In this document: positions 1-11,500 of the stretch, piece after piece
Layout of the letters: every line of letters starts with the position of its first letter
Numbering within the stretch: position 1 is the stretch's first letter
Program-made: the position numbers and the translations under genes
Origin: Auanema rhodensis
Lineage: Eukaryota > Animalia > Nematoda
Direction of reading: 5' to 3'
Assembly: GCA_964057225.1 (NCBI GenBank)
Contig: OZ059896.1
Span: 9,796,001-9,860,000 of the forward strand
DNA: 64,000 nucleotides
Notes under the pieces: generated by a model
Database searches by the model: none
What the model saw: the letters and a program-made list of their open reading frames with translations, nothing else
Told to the model about the DNA's origin: nothing

Positions 1-1320
1 ATTCTCTTCATCTCTTCTTTTTCTTTCATCAGTTCATTTTCATTTCATTTTTAACCACACATGTCTCTACATTTCTTGATTTTCATTTCATTTATCCTAT
101 CAATTTCTATTCTAATTTCTTCCACGTGTTCTTTTTTATTTTCAACAAGCTGTTGGTCATTTTGTTGTCCGCTGGCTGACTGGGACTGACTGCCTATCCT
201 TCAATCGATAATGAAATCAAATGGGATGACGACGCCAGTTCACACGAGGCTAGCCCACACACAATGTGTTGGATCTTGTCATCTTTTTTATGACTTATTT
301 TTTAAATTCTTCATTATTTTTCATTTTATTGAATAGTGAAATGAAAGTATCTCCCTATTTCTTCTCTCATTATATATGCTACATCATCTCATTGCAAAGT
401 AATTCTGGTGAGTGCCAGCTTAAGCGTTGATCAACGGAAACATTGAAGCTATTCCTTCCTTTCCTCCTGGTGTTCCTCTCATTTTGATAGATATTTTTTA
501 TCAAATAGATAGCTACGTATCCCAAACTACGAATAAATATATATATTTTTTGGTTACAACTATATTTCTAGTTTCCATAGTTCAATTGTTTATATTTCCG
601 TTCTTACTAGCTTTTTTTTGGTTTCTAAAGATATCTTTAAACATTTATCAATTATAATTATATTTTTTTAATTATTTAATTAACTTTTTTGTTTTGTTTT
701 GTTTTAAAACTTAAATTATTGTTAATTCTTTTATTTATATTTGCACTCTATGTTTTACTGAATTATTTCTATTATATTCTTCATTTGTTCTATTTTCGGA
801 TTCTATTTTGACATTTCTCGAATGAATCTAAACGAATGAACTATGGTTTCTTCATTCATCCCAATACTTTCCTCTTTACCAAACTTTATTTGTCTTTTAT
901 CATTGTCTTTTCTTTTCATTTCATTTATTTTATCAAAATAATAGTGTTGAATTATTGAAATTTGGCTTAATTATCCCTTCTAAGAAATATAATACTCTAT
1001 TCTATATACTTATACGTTTATAATTCTATGATAAAGTTGCACGATAGCTTTGTTATTATATCTTTCAATTGTATTTTTCTTTCATTTCTCACTTTTATTT
1101 CTGATTATAGTTTCATCTTGACAAAAACTAATACCAAATGAGTTTTGGCACCTTTGCCCTTTGTTATGAAAATTTGTTGTGGAAAATAGGCAATTTATTT
1201 CAAATTTATGTTGCTATGATGTAGTACAATATTTTGAATAGTATTTTCTCTTTATTTAATATGTTTCTTGTGATTTTGTTTTCGTTTTTCATATTTTGTA
1301 TTAATCCATGAACTTGTAGG

Positions 1321-4300
1321 ATGTCTCAGGTTAGGGCAGATTATGATTTTGATGCTCAACCTGGCTCTGGGGAAATGAGCATTAAGAAAGGAGAAATTCT
1401 CACCGTTCTTCGACCCGTATGCTTGTCTATTATCAGTGAATTGTTGTAATAGTATTTTTCAATTTAGAATGTGGAAGGCGGTTGGATAGAAGGACGAAAT
1501 TCAGATGGCAAAATGGGTTTATTTCCCAAATCCTATGTTAGCTCGTATTCTGGGCCTCCTCCGGTATTTTATTTATTTTTCCTTATATTTAAAACTGTAG
1601 ATCAAGTTATTCTAATTATGCATTATTCATGGTATTGAGTTTGTCTTGCAATTCCTGGTTGAGAATAGTTTATTTCCATTTTTTTCCACTTTGCGCTGAA
1701 TTTCTGAACATTTTTTTTCTACAATTTAAAGTTTAACAGATGGCGTTGATTTATAAACTCAATCTCAATTCAACCAAAAGTTTTGGAATATAATTTTCTT
1801 CCTATTTCCTGCTTCTACCGTCTTGCCATACTTTTGATTTTTACTCTTTCATGGCTCTTGTATGGAAAACCTTTGAGCAAAAGTGATTGTTCATTCAAAC
1901 GGTGTTCTCTCTAGCATATTGCCTGTCCTACTGGACATAATTAGTTGAAATGGAGCTCTGAAGATTGAGCTTTCGAGCATATGCTCGCCTTTTTATTTTT
2001 AAAGTTCCATTTTCTTGTTATGCTACATGTGCATGTGAGTGGTTCAACTTACCTAATTTGCTCTCGTATTTGTCTCTTCTGCTCCGTGGGCTGATATTGG
2101 TGTTTCTTCTGTTAGTGTTGTAAAAAAAAGAAAGCCTTTACCTATTTCATGAAATCTTCATTTTCTTCTTTTTTTTTGAGAAGTCGTCGTGTTCTAAAAG
2201 GGTTTTAGACAGTATATAGTATATATTTGCCTCTCCCTTTCTCTTAATGTAATTCGAATTGAGCCTCCCCGGTGGGTGGAATAGCAATCGTTTTGCCGTC
2301 TTTCCATCCCAGTTCAATTTAGTTACTTATCTTAACGAATGAAATAGTTTTCATCGAGTTTCAGTTTGAGCATTGTTATCTACCTCAAGCTATCAAAAAC
2401 TCAGTTTTTCTTTATCTGAAGTACCATTTCGCAAACGTTCTTGTACTACCTGACTTTTATTTTCTTGATATTACACAATGATATCACTGAGTTCTTCTCT
2501 ATTGTGATTGTTTCATCGTTCTATCTTCAGAAATTCATTTTCCCATGCTTTTCACTGCTGGTCTTCGAAAAGTTGTCGATCAGTATGACGCTAATGCGGC
2601 TGCTATTACCGCCACAGCCGATGAGACTGCGCGCTTGCTTCATGAGCGACGTCGTCGTCAGATGATTCGTCGTCATACGTGCTCTACTTTGAAACCTGAT
2701 CCTGTTTTTCCTATTACTTCTCTCGAGCCTTGCTTAACTATAGCGGAGCATGATGATCAGGCTCGTCTATTTTTTCATATATAATCATAAGGAGTAGGGC
2801 TATATAACGTGTTTGCTACTCAATAGCAACATCTTAGAGACTGGAATATACCAAAGTTATAATACTTGATTAACATAAATAAAGCTAATTTTAGCTTGAA
2901 GTCAAATTCAATTTTCAATTGAACAGTTTTGAATATGAGTGTTCAGGTAGCACCACCCAGCTTACCACCTGCAGCTCCTAGCAAGTCCTCAGTTCCTGCT
3001 CGTCCTCCTGTTGATGATTGGGGTGTGTCTTCATTCCATCCAAATCCTTCCGGAGTCTACCCATCTATTAACCATGTTTCATCTCGTAAGTTTACCTACA
3101 GTTTCATACAACTATTGAATTTGAAATTATAGAAAGTCAAAGTGGTTCAGCTTCTCAAATAAATGATGACTTTGATGACGAATGGACTGATGAGGACGAA
3201 AATGAGGTATGAGCTTATAAGTAATTTATATTGAGCATGTTTGAGTTTGTTTTTATGTTTTTCCGCTTTGTGTTGATTCCCTGCTCAAAACATATTCAGA
3301 TATGAGAACAGCTTATTTAATCTTTGAAAGTTATAAGAAAATGGAGTATGGTGCTAAAGTATGACTTTGCCTATTTGTCTTTGCCTACGTCCTTTCTAGC
3401 CTCTAGAGACTCCTATAGTCGTGGGTGTTAAGGATAAGACATAACCATTGAAAAGAGATATAATGTCATGATGCGGTTCTTTTCTCTTATTTTTTAGTTT
3501 TCTTAATTCTTGACTGTTCAATCTATCACTCTTTACCCAAGTTTGTTATATATACATATGTACATATGTACATATGGTTGTTTCTCATCCTATCCTTATT
3601 TTAAATCTCTTCTATAAGCAACTTTTGGTTGTCTAAAACCTTTTTTTATGTTTCTTTTTTGTTTCTTAACTAAAATATTACATCAATAATGGCATCAATA
3701 ATCTTTAAAATAATTTACGTGGCGTTGTATGAGCTGTTTCTGATCCCAAACATTTTTTTCCTCTTCCTCACTTGCCACTAACATCAGTGCCAACATCACA
3801 GGAAAAGAGAAACATCTATTCCTCATGAGTTGACATATATGCTCAAGGAAAGAAGAATTGTGAATGAGCTCGATTAACTCATTCTCTACCATTTAAAATA
3901 TTCTAAGCCTTTTCCTCGTAAGCTTCTTCAGCATATTATAGTCAGTCATTGTTTTCAAGCGTTTTGCTTACATTCTCTTATTCTTATGAATATCTTTAAT
4001 ATATTTTCTAGTAAAAAATTTTTATTGTTTAGTCTGCTAATTAACTATATTTTCTTCGATTTATCTAGATTTTCAGTTATATTCATTTATATTTTCCGTT
4101 TTTACGATTTTTCCGGTTTTCGTTTACATTTTTTTCTCAAATTGTGGTCTCTTACTATTACCGTTTATGTTGCTAATCTTTTCTTTCTACTACACATGCA
4201 CTAAGAATTTTTTTTTATTCTTAGTATATCTCGATGTGGTTAAATATGTGACGGAAATATAAGGGAAGTGTTGGATATAGCCTACATGGTGTTTCTATTG

Positions 4301-7300
4301 AATAGAACAACAATTGACATTTAAAGCTTTAAAAGGCGCTTTTCCTTTCAACATACATCATCATCATCTAGTCGCGTTCAAATAGTTGAAAACTGTTTCC
4401 TTTCATTTTAATTTGTATTCGTTTTTGTAAGAAATTTCGTATTTCTTAAAAAAAATTTCTTTTCTGTTTGACGAGCATTTTAATCTGTCTTCTTTAAGCA
4501 CTTGCTTTCATAACCAAACTATCTTTTTTCCTCCTTGAAGCTGTAACGATCATTCATTTTCTTAGTGTTTGACTTGAATTTATCGCTGGCATACTCAGAT
4601 TCAGGATGTTGTTCTCTCGTGCTCGCTCATCTAGCTCTGTAGCTTTGGAATATCTACAAGTTCCACATTATAACGGACATAGAGGAAGCTATGTAAGATA
4701 TATCTAACGATAATTTTGTTCGGCAAATTAGAGGAATAGAAAGAAAGATTGACTTTTCCTCTGTCCATTAAACTTTAAACTTGGGAAGCCTCATAGCTTG
4801 GATTTTAACTTATTCCCTTTAATGGTTTAATTAGTTCGTGACTGCCCATGATTTCATGGATTGAAGCATCAAGGCAAGCTCAATTCAGCTTTCTTTTTTT
4901 CATTATACAGGCCGAAAGCTCTGTGCACATTTTTTTTCAAACCATATACTCAGCTAATTTTATTTTATCACTTACATACGTGACCATATGATAATATATA
5001 AATTAGCTTTTATGTTTTTTTATTTTTTTTATTAGATTTTTCATTTTCTTTTTATTGATATCATATCCAAAACTTCTTTAGATTTGTAAATACTAAAAAA
5101 ATCTGGTAGGGGAAGCTGATTGGCTCTATTATTTGGGCTAAACCACCCACAGACATATAGACTCACTTACCCTAGATACTATATCAACCCAATAGTAGCA
5201 AAGGCGTAGCCCTTTTCAAATATTGAAAACTATCTAATTTCATATTTTTTGAATTATTTTTTCGCAACAAATTCTTATGCCCGCTGATATGGTTCGCTGT
5301 AATTATGGCTATACTTCCAATGTACATCGCCCATCTCTTGAATTCAAGGGTGGACGTCGTATGAGTCTGTCTTTCTGTATCATTCCGGTATGTTTCATTC
5401 TTGGTTAGTTCCCTAAACCACTGAAAGCCATGGCTCAATAAATGGATAATTTTTCGAAGGACCTATCAAATTTATCTTCAAACGATTTCTTGTCCATCGT
5501 CTAATTCTTTTCTTCGATACAGGACCATCGTCTTTCTGTTAACGGACCACTACCCGCCCCTCATACATCCCCACAATCTCGATCTGCTTCTCGCACTTCA
5601 ATATCAACCGACGACGATCGGCACGATAATCAAAATCGTCGACGACATAGTCGTCGCTCTTCTAGTAAAGATTGTCATTCCATGGAACGTCGTGATAAAC
5701 GACGTCATTCTCGTGCTTCATGCCATAAGGTAGATGAAAGATTTTTGCCATAAGAAAGCATATGTCAGGCTCTTCCATGCTTGTCAATATGTTGTAGTTG
5801 ATAGCTGCTTCTTGTTCTAAAATAAGACTAAATATATGGATATATGAGTATGAATAGTAGTTGATGTTTGAGCTTCTCTTATTTTATGGTGATTGCTTGT
5901 GATTGATTAATCATCTGAAGTGGCCTTGCATGTTTTGTGTACTTGTGACGTCTGTTGCAGTTTTATAGCTTTTTCAATACTTTACTAGCTACATATAGCT
6001 CATCCAATTATTTTAAGGAACCTGGAGCTCCAAGTTCACATCAACCTGTTGCTCAAAATCATGAAGGAGGTCGTGGATCCATCAATAGAAGTCAGTCTGC
6101 CGGTGATAGACCTGGAAGTAAAGTTAATCGTAATATTAATAGGTGATTAATTGTTACGAATGTGCGCAAACCTTATTATTTTTTTAGGTTTTCAAACTTT
6201 GTCAAATCCGGTATGGAAGCCTTTGTACTTGGAGAATCCAAGATGAATGGACAGCCAGGTGAAAAACACGAGATTGTGGTAGGTTTTCGTCAACATTTAA
6301 AAAAATTGAAAGTTTTCCGAATTCGCTCACAAACTATCATTATTTTCTAATCTTTCGCCATGATTTACAGAGCTCGAGCAATATGATTCAATGGAAACCA
6401 ATTCAGCAATATTATACATGCACATTGGGAGATAAAATCAAAAAAGAAACAAAACTGAAGGGATTGAAAAGTTATATAGCATACTCTATTACTTCATCTC
6501 TCAGGGGAATTCAAGTATGTTGTACATCTTTAGATCTAATTCTTGTCTAAAATCAAAATTTTTAAAGTTCTCTATTGATTTAGGTGTCACGACGCTATAA
6601 GCAATTTGATTGGCTTCATGAACAATTATCAGCTAAGTACATCATGATTCCCATTCCTCCCTTACCAGAAAAGCAAGTTTCTGGACGATATGAAGAAGAT
6701 TTGATTGATCATCGTAAACATATTTTGCAAATTTGGGTTAATAAGATTTGCCGACATCCTGTATTAAGTCAGAGTGAGGTAAATGGGTGTCTTGTTGCAT
6801 ATAATAGAATAACTGTAACATTCTAAAGGTTTGGCTACATTTCATTAGTTGCACCGATGAGAGAGAATGGAAGAGCGGTAAAAGGAAGTCAGAAAAGGCT
6901 CGTTTTTGACTTCTTATTTTTATTTTGGATAAACATTTAGGATGAATATGTTGGCGGAAATTTTTTGAATTGCATAAGTGTTCCTCAGGGGAAATTGGAT
7001 ATATCCCATGTGTAAATTAATATTTTTTCAAAGTTTAATACAATTTTATTCGTTTTCAGTGAAAACCAAGTTGAAAAGTTCCAGAAAAATGTGAAATTCA
7101 CTGAAGATGCAACAAATGTAATGCATGGTCGTATGAAAGAATTCCAGAAAGTTTATCAAGGACGTAAGAAGTTTTGAGAAACTGCATTTTATAGTTGAAA
7201 TCATTTAGCTGTCAAAGCCAATTGGCAGAAAATGGCTCATGCGTTCTCATCTCTTGGACAAACATTCAATGATGATCATCCTAGTAAGCATTTTGATATA

Positions 7301-7831
7301 AATGTCGCAAACTTTATCAAATTGTTCAGAAAGTGGAAAATTATCCGCTGCATTGGGTGTGACAGCTGCTCAATATCACTCAATTGGAGAGGAATTTGAT
7401 GTTCATACTAGAAATGATATGGAGCCAGTGGTAGAAGCTTTATTCTCTTTCAAAGGAACAGTACAAGGTGTTCCTGATATACTTCAAATACATAAGGTTG
7501 TTACTTGTGAAACAGAACATTAATATATATTTCGAAATATTCAGCAAGCGATTCAAAAATATAGAGAAAATCAGTCAAAGGTCTCTAATAGTGATGCTGA
7601 AAAAATCAAGCAACGGGTCGATTCTATCAGTTATTCAGTTCTTGCTGAAATGAATCATTTGAATTCTGAGAAGGTTTCTATAATTTCTATTAATTGCTTT
7701 AGAAATAGATATATCTATTGTAGATTGAAGATGTTCGTTCCACCATGAGCACTTACCTTCGTAAGCAAGCAGATTTCTATCAAAAACTTGCAAATCAATT
7801 CGCTGACATGGCTAAGCAGTATGACTTCTGA
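1321..7831 (+). CDS. lst-4: Sorting nexin LST-4 (SNX9/18/33 family; SH3-low complexity-PX-BAR), multi-exon
   Basis: Spliced exons 1321-1416, 1468-1563, 2947-3085, 3133-3206, 6018-6142, 6188-6278, 6371-6514, 6584-6778, 6829-6897, 6941-7011, 7060-7163, 7209-7283, 7330-7496, 7545-7673, 7724-7831 join in frame. They encode SH3 (MSQVRADYDFDAQPGSGEMSI...GGWIEGRN...GLFPKSYV), acidic NDDFDDEWTDED, PX (VSRRYKQFDWLHEQLSAKY...PPLPEKQ) and a BAR domain ending KQYDF*. Closely matches C. elegans LST-4 as recalled. Confidence 0.95.
2545..2760 (+). CDS. lst-4: Candidate alternative first exon of lst-4 (SH3-less isoform)
   Basis: Acceptor-like CTTCAG at 2525-2530, ATG at 2545, 72 open codons (MLFTAGLRKVVDQYD...HDDQ), then a phase-0 donor CAG|GCTCGT compatible with exon 2947. 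Confidence 0.65.
4606..4692 (+). CDS. lst-4: Candidate second alternative first exon of lst-4
   Basis: TTCAG|G-ATG, 29 codons MLFSRARSSSSVALEYLQVPHYNGHRGSY, phase-0 donor GTAAGA at 4693. Confidence 0.55.
5523..5729 (+). CDS. lst-4: Arg/Ser/His-rich 69-codon cassette exon of lst-4
   Basis: ATACAG acceptor, 207 nt open in phase 0/0 (DHRLSVNGPLPAPHTSPQSRSASRTS...RRHSRASCHK), donor AAG|GTAGAT. GC content is well above the flanking intron. Confidence 0.7.
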
Positions 7832-8308
7832 ATTGAATGAAAAATTGCAGTTTGACTTGCTGTAAATTCTTTTCAATAATTTTATTTGTAAATTTGTGTA
7901 TATGATATATGTGATGAGTAGTAATTATTGAAAAGAAAGTATGACATAAGACTTTGGACATTTTGTCGTTTTTTCAAAGATTTTTTATAATAACGCTATA
8001 TTGTATATCGGATATTCTGGATATCCATAGAGTTTTCGAAGATGTTGTTTGCTTTTTTCCATTTTCTTCACTTACTTGTCCATTTGAGGATAATTCTCAG
8101 ATTTGAACGATTTATAATTTAATTTGAGCCTGTGAATAGTTGTGATTTTAGGTGTTTAAATACCTATATAAATTGAATGATTTAGTAATTGTTTTTCTTT
8201 TTTCCATACATATGTTCAAATTTCGCATTAAAGCCATAATTATTTGTTATTTTTTGATATGTTGACAGTATATATCTACTTGTTTATAACATTCTTTCTC
8301 AGAAACGT

Positions 8309-8381
8309 GCTTCCGTAGCGCAGTAGGCAGCGCGTCAGTCTCATAATCTGAAGGTCGTGAGTTCGAGCCTCACCGGGAGCA
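8309..8381 (+). tRNA. tRNA-Met (CAT), elongator type
   Basis: 73-nt cloverleaf GCTTCCG...CGGGAGCA with D-arm GCGC/GCGC, anticodon CAT at 8342-8344 and T-loop GTTCGAG. G1:C72 and T54 indicate elongator rather than initiator. A T4 run follows at 8386-8389. Confidence 0.97.
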
Positions 8382-8512
8382 ATTGTTTTGAATTAGGTTG
8401 GCTTGAATTTTTGACTTTCATTTTTAAATGAAAGAACAATATCAACTAACAACTTTTAATAAATTTTTTTTCGAGAAAAGCTGAATAAAAAGGAATCTCC
8501 AATTGTTGAAAA

Positions 8513-11500
8513 CTAAACACAAGTGTCCTGTATGTTAGAAACATGTTTCTTTGTTGGATCCTCAATATATACAACTTGATTGTTTTCTTCGCATAAATAT
8601 TTTCTAGTCGACTGATTGTTATCAGGCCAATTTTTCCCTAAAAATCAATTTTTAAAGTAAGTTTTGAGGGATCTGGTTAAAAACCTGATGGGCACGTTAC
8701 TGTCAAATATGTTGTACGCACAAAGTATTGCGAGAATGGAGGAGAAAGTGGCTGAAAGAAAAAACCATAAGTTATCGAAGAATTTGAGTAAAACTGACAA
8801 TCAGCAGACGAATGCTCAAGGTGTTATCGTATTTTGGAAGTAGGCAAGAGTTTGTACACGGGATATGAATAGGTGTTGAGGAGTTTGAAGAAGATCCATC
8901 ACAGAAATATCTTTTTGTTTCTTCAGGTAAATTATTATAATTATGCTCCTCTGTTCCTGAACAAAGAAAGTTTGAGAATTGAGCCATGCTTTAAATCAAA
9001 TTGTTGCTTACGTTGACTACAGTTTACGAAAATTGTTCCATATCGTAGTTCAAGCGTAGATGTTGTAATATTTGAGTTTAAAACTGAGATGGGTAGACAG
9101 CCCATTGTACATGATAGATATTCAACTCTCAATCTGGTAATACTATCAACCCAAACTGGTCCAGCAATTGGATCCATAATAAGCTCAAGATTTTGTTCAG
9201 GCATTTGATAATATTGATGGTTTGTTGGATGAGATCCTGAAAAAACACAACGAATTAACTTGAAGCATTAATAAATTAAAACCTTCAACACATGTAATTC
9301 TCATTTTACATCCAATTTTATAAATTCCTTCGGTATATTCGCAATTTTCATCAACTTCACGATCAACATTTGATCCAGGAGGTGCTGGTGCTCCAAGAAC
9401 CTAGAACATAATACTACTAATGCTATTTGGATGATGTAAAAACCTTTTTACATGGCTCTATAATGCTGTTAACTCTCTTCAGTTGATTATCATAATAATT
9501 TAAGGATGATTGACAGACGAATTCTTGTATTCCGACTGAAGCATAAGCACTGGCGGAACTATATTCATATCCTTCTATGCAGCGCAAGATTACCGTTCTA
9601 TTAACTCCAATAAATTCACCATTGTTGTATGGATTGAGTGTAATTGGATTCTTAAATGTTTTAAAATTATTTTTGATTGCAACTATAAATATTGTTGTTA
9701 CCTCAAGAAATTGAACACCCTCTGGAAGATTATTATATGAAATAACCGGGCAAGCATCTTTACAGAAGTTTTCCCGATTTCCACTAACACTTGTACCGGC
9801 TGTCTGATTTGTTTTTGGACAAATGTAATTCTTTCCAGATTTCGAAATTTGTTCAATAACCTCATTCACATATGAGTAGATCGATTCTGAAGTGAAAGAC
9901 GTTGAGTTTAATGTGATTGTTTTGATTAAAGATATGTACTTGAATAACATTGGAATCCGTTTCTACTAGAATCATAATATGTCTCATAAATTGTTTCAGA
10001 TGAAGATGATTTAAGTTCTACGATTTGAGATATGTTCAAGTTTGCACATCCTGCTATGCAATTAGTAATCTATTTCATTTTATAAATTAAATTATTTCAA
10101 TATTAAACTATATTCTTACTGAATTTAATTTTTGTTCATTATGATCAAGCCAACTTTGTTGAGATTCTGAACATGTAGCCACTTGATACCCATTGTATAA
10201 AGCATATAAGTTATCAGGATAATAACCTGATAATATTCCTTTCATTATATTAAAAATATAAATTATACCTGAAGCACAGCTATATCTTATAGTACATCCA
10301 TGATTGAAGAAATCATTATTCTTGGTACATCCTGAATCTCCTACAGTTTCCAATATATTATTCGGCTTAATTATATAAATTATATAATGTAAATATTATT
10401 TTTATACTTGACTAAGTCTTTGACATCCTTTGGCTTCCTCACAAGCTTCAATATTGGCATTGGTTTGTTTAGTATCCACATCGATATACTGATTAGACTG
10501 TGGATCACATTGTAATGTTTGACGTCCTAGCTGTCGATGAGCTGACGAGGAAGAATATACGAATCCAGTACGACAACGGAAAACATATTGTGAATTTCCA
10601 GCTACATACGGGAATCCTTCTTCAAGTTGTCGAGGTTCCGGCTCCTGAAATGATTGTTAAAACAAATCGTTTTGTTATTCGTTAGGTCAAACTTTAAAGA
10701 TCTCAACACCACTTGGAAGAGCAACAAGTTGTCGACAAGCATTAGTGCATCCCTTGTCAGTTGTACCATTTTTGGAATCCGTTGGATCGCAATAATATGG
10801 ATGAGACTGAGTACTTGTTTGATTTGAGAAAACATCTGAATTATTATTATTTTCTTTTTTCATAATCAATATAATACCTATTTCTTTGCATTCAATCTTT
10901 AAACCATTTATATAGAAAGTCTTTTCACGAATTCGAATAGATTCATGTGATCGATCATATGGTTTACATCCTGATATACATTTTAATCCTGTTGTAACCT
11001 AAATAATTATATATAAAAATTAAAAAAATATATTATTATTATATAATAAAACCTTATAATCAAATTGATCTTTCCATCCTGCACCACCATTTGAACAAAC
11101 AATTTGCTGTTCTCCGGATGGTACAAAATATAATGCAGATTCAGGCATATAACCTATACAAATAGAAAAGTATAAGAAATTATTCAAATTATTATTTTAA
11201 GAAGAAATTAGATAATTATTACCTGGTTTGCATTTTAAGTTTATACGACAGCCAGATGCATAATAATTATTTCCTAGATCACTGCATCCCGTAAGTGATT
11301 CCATAACATTTTCTGGATTTTGTACAAGTTTCTCAAACATTTTATGTAATTTATGAAATATTTAACTAATATTACCAGACATTCATCTAATACAGCACTA
11401 CGCTCACAAGATGTTGGTGTTGTATATGGCAATCCATTAATAGAATTCACATATCTTTGAGTATTTCCATCACATCGGAATTTTTCTGATTGCATTTGAT

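Noticed and set aside
2020-3358. Tiny ATG-donor units in lst-4 introns (MLHVH at 2020-2034, MEYGAK at 3341-3358)
   Set aside because: Too short to distinguish from chance.
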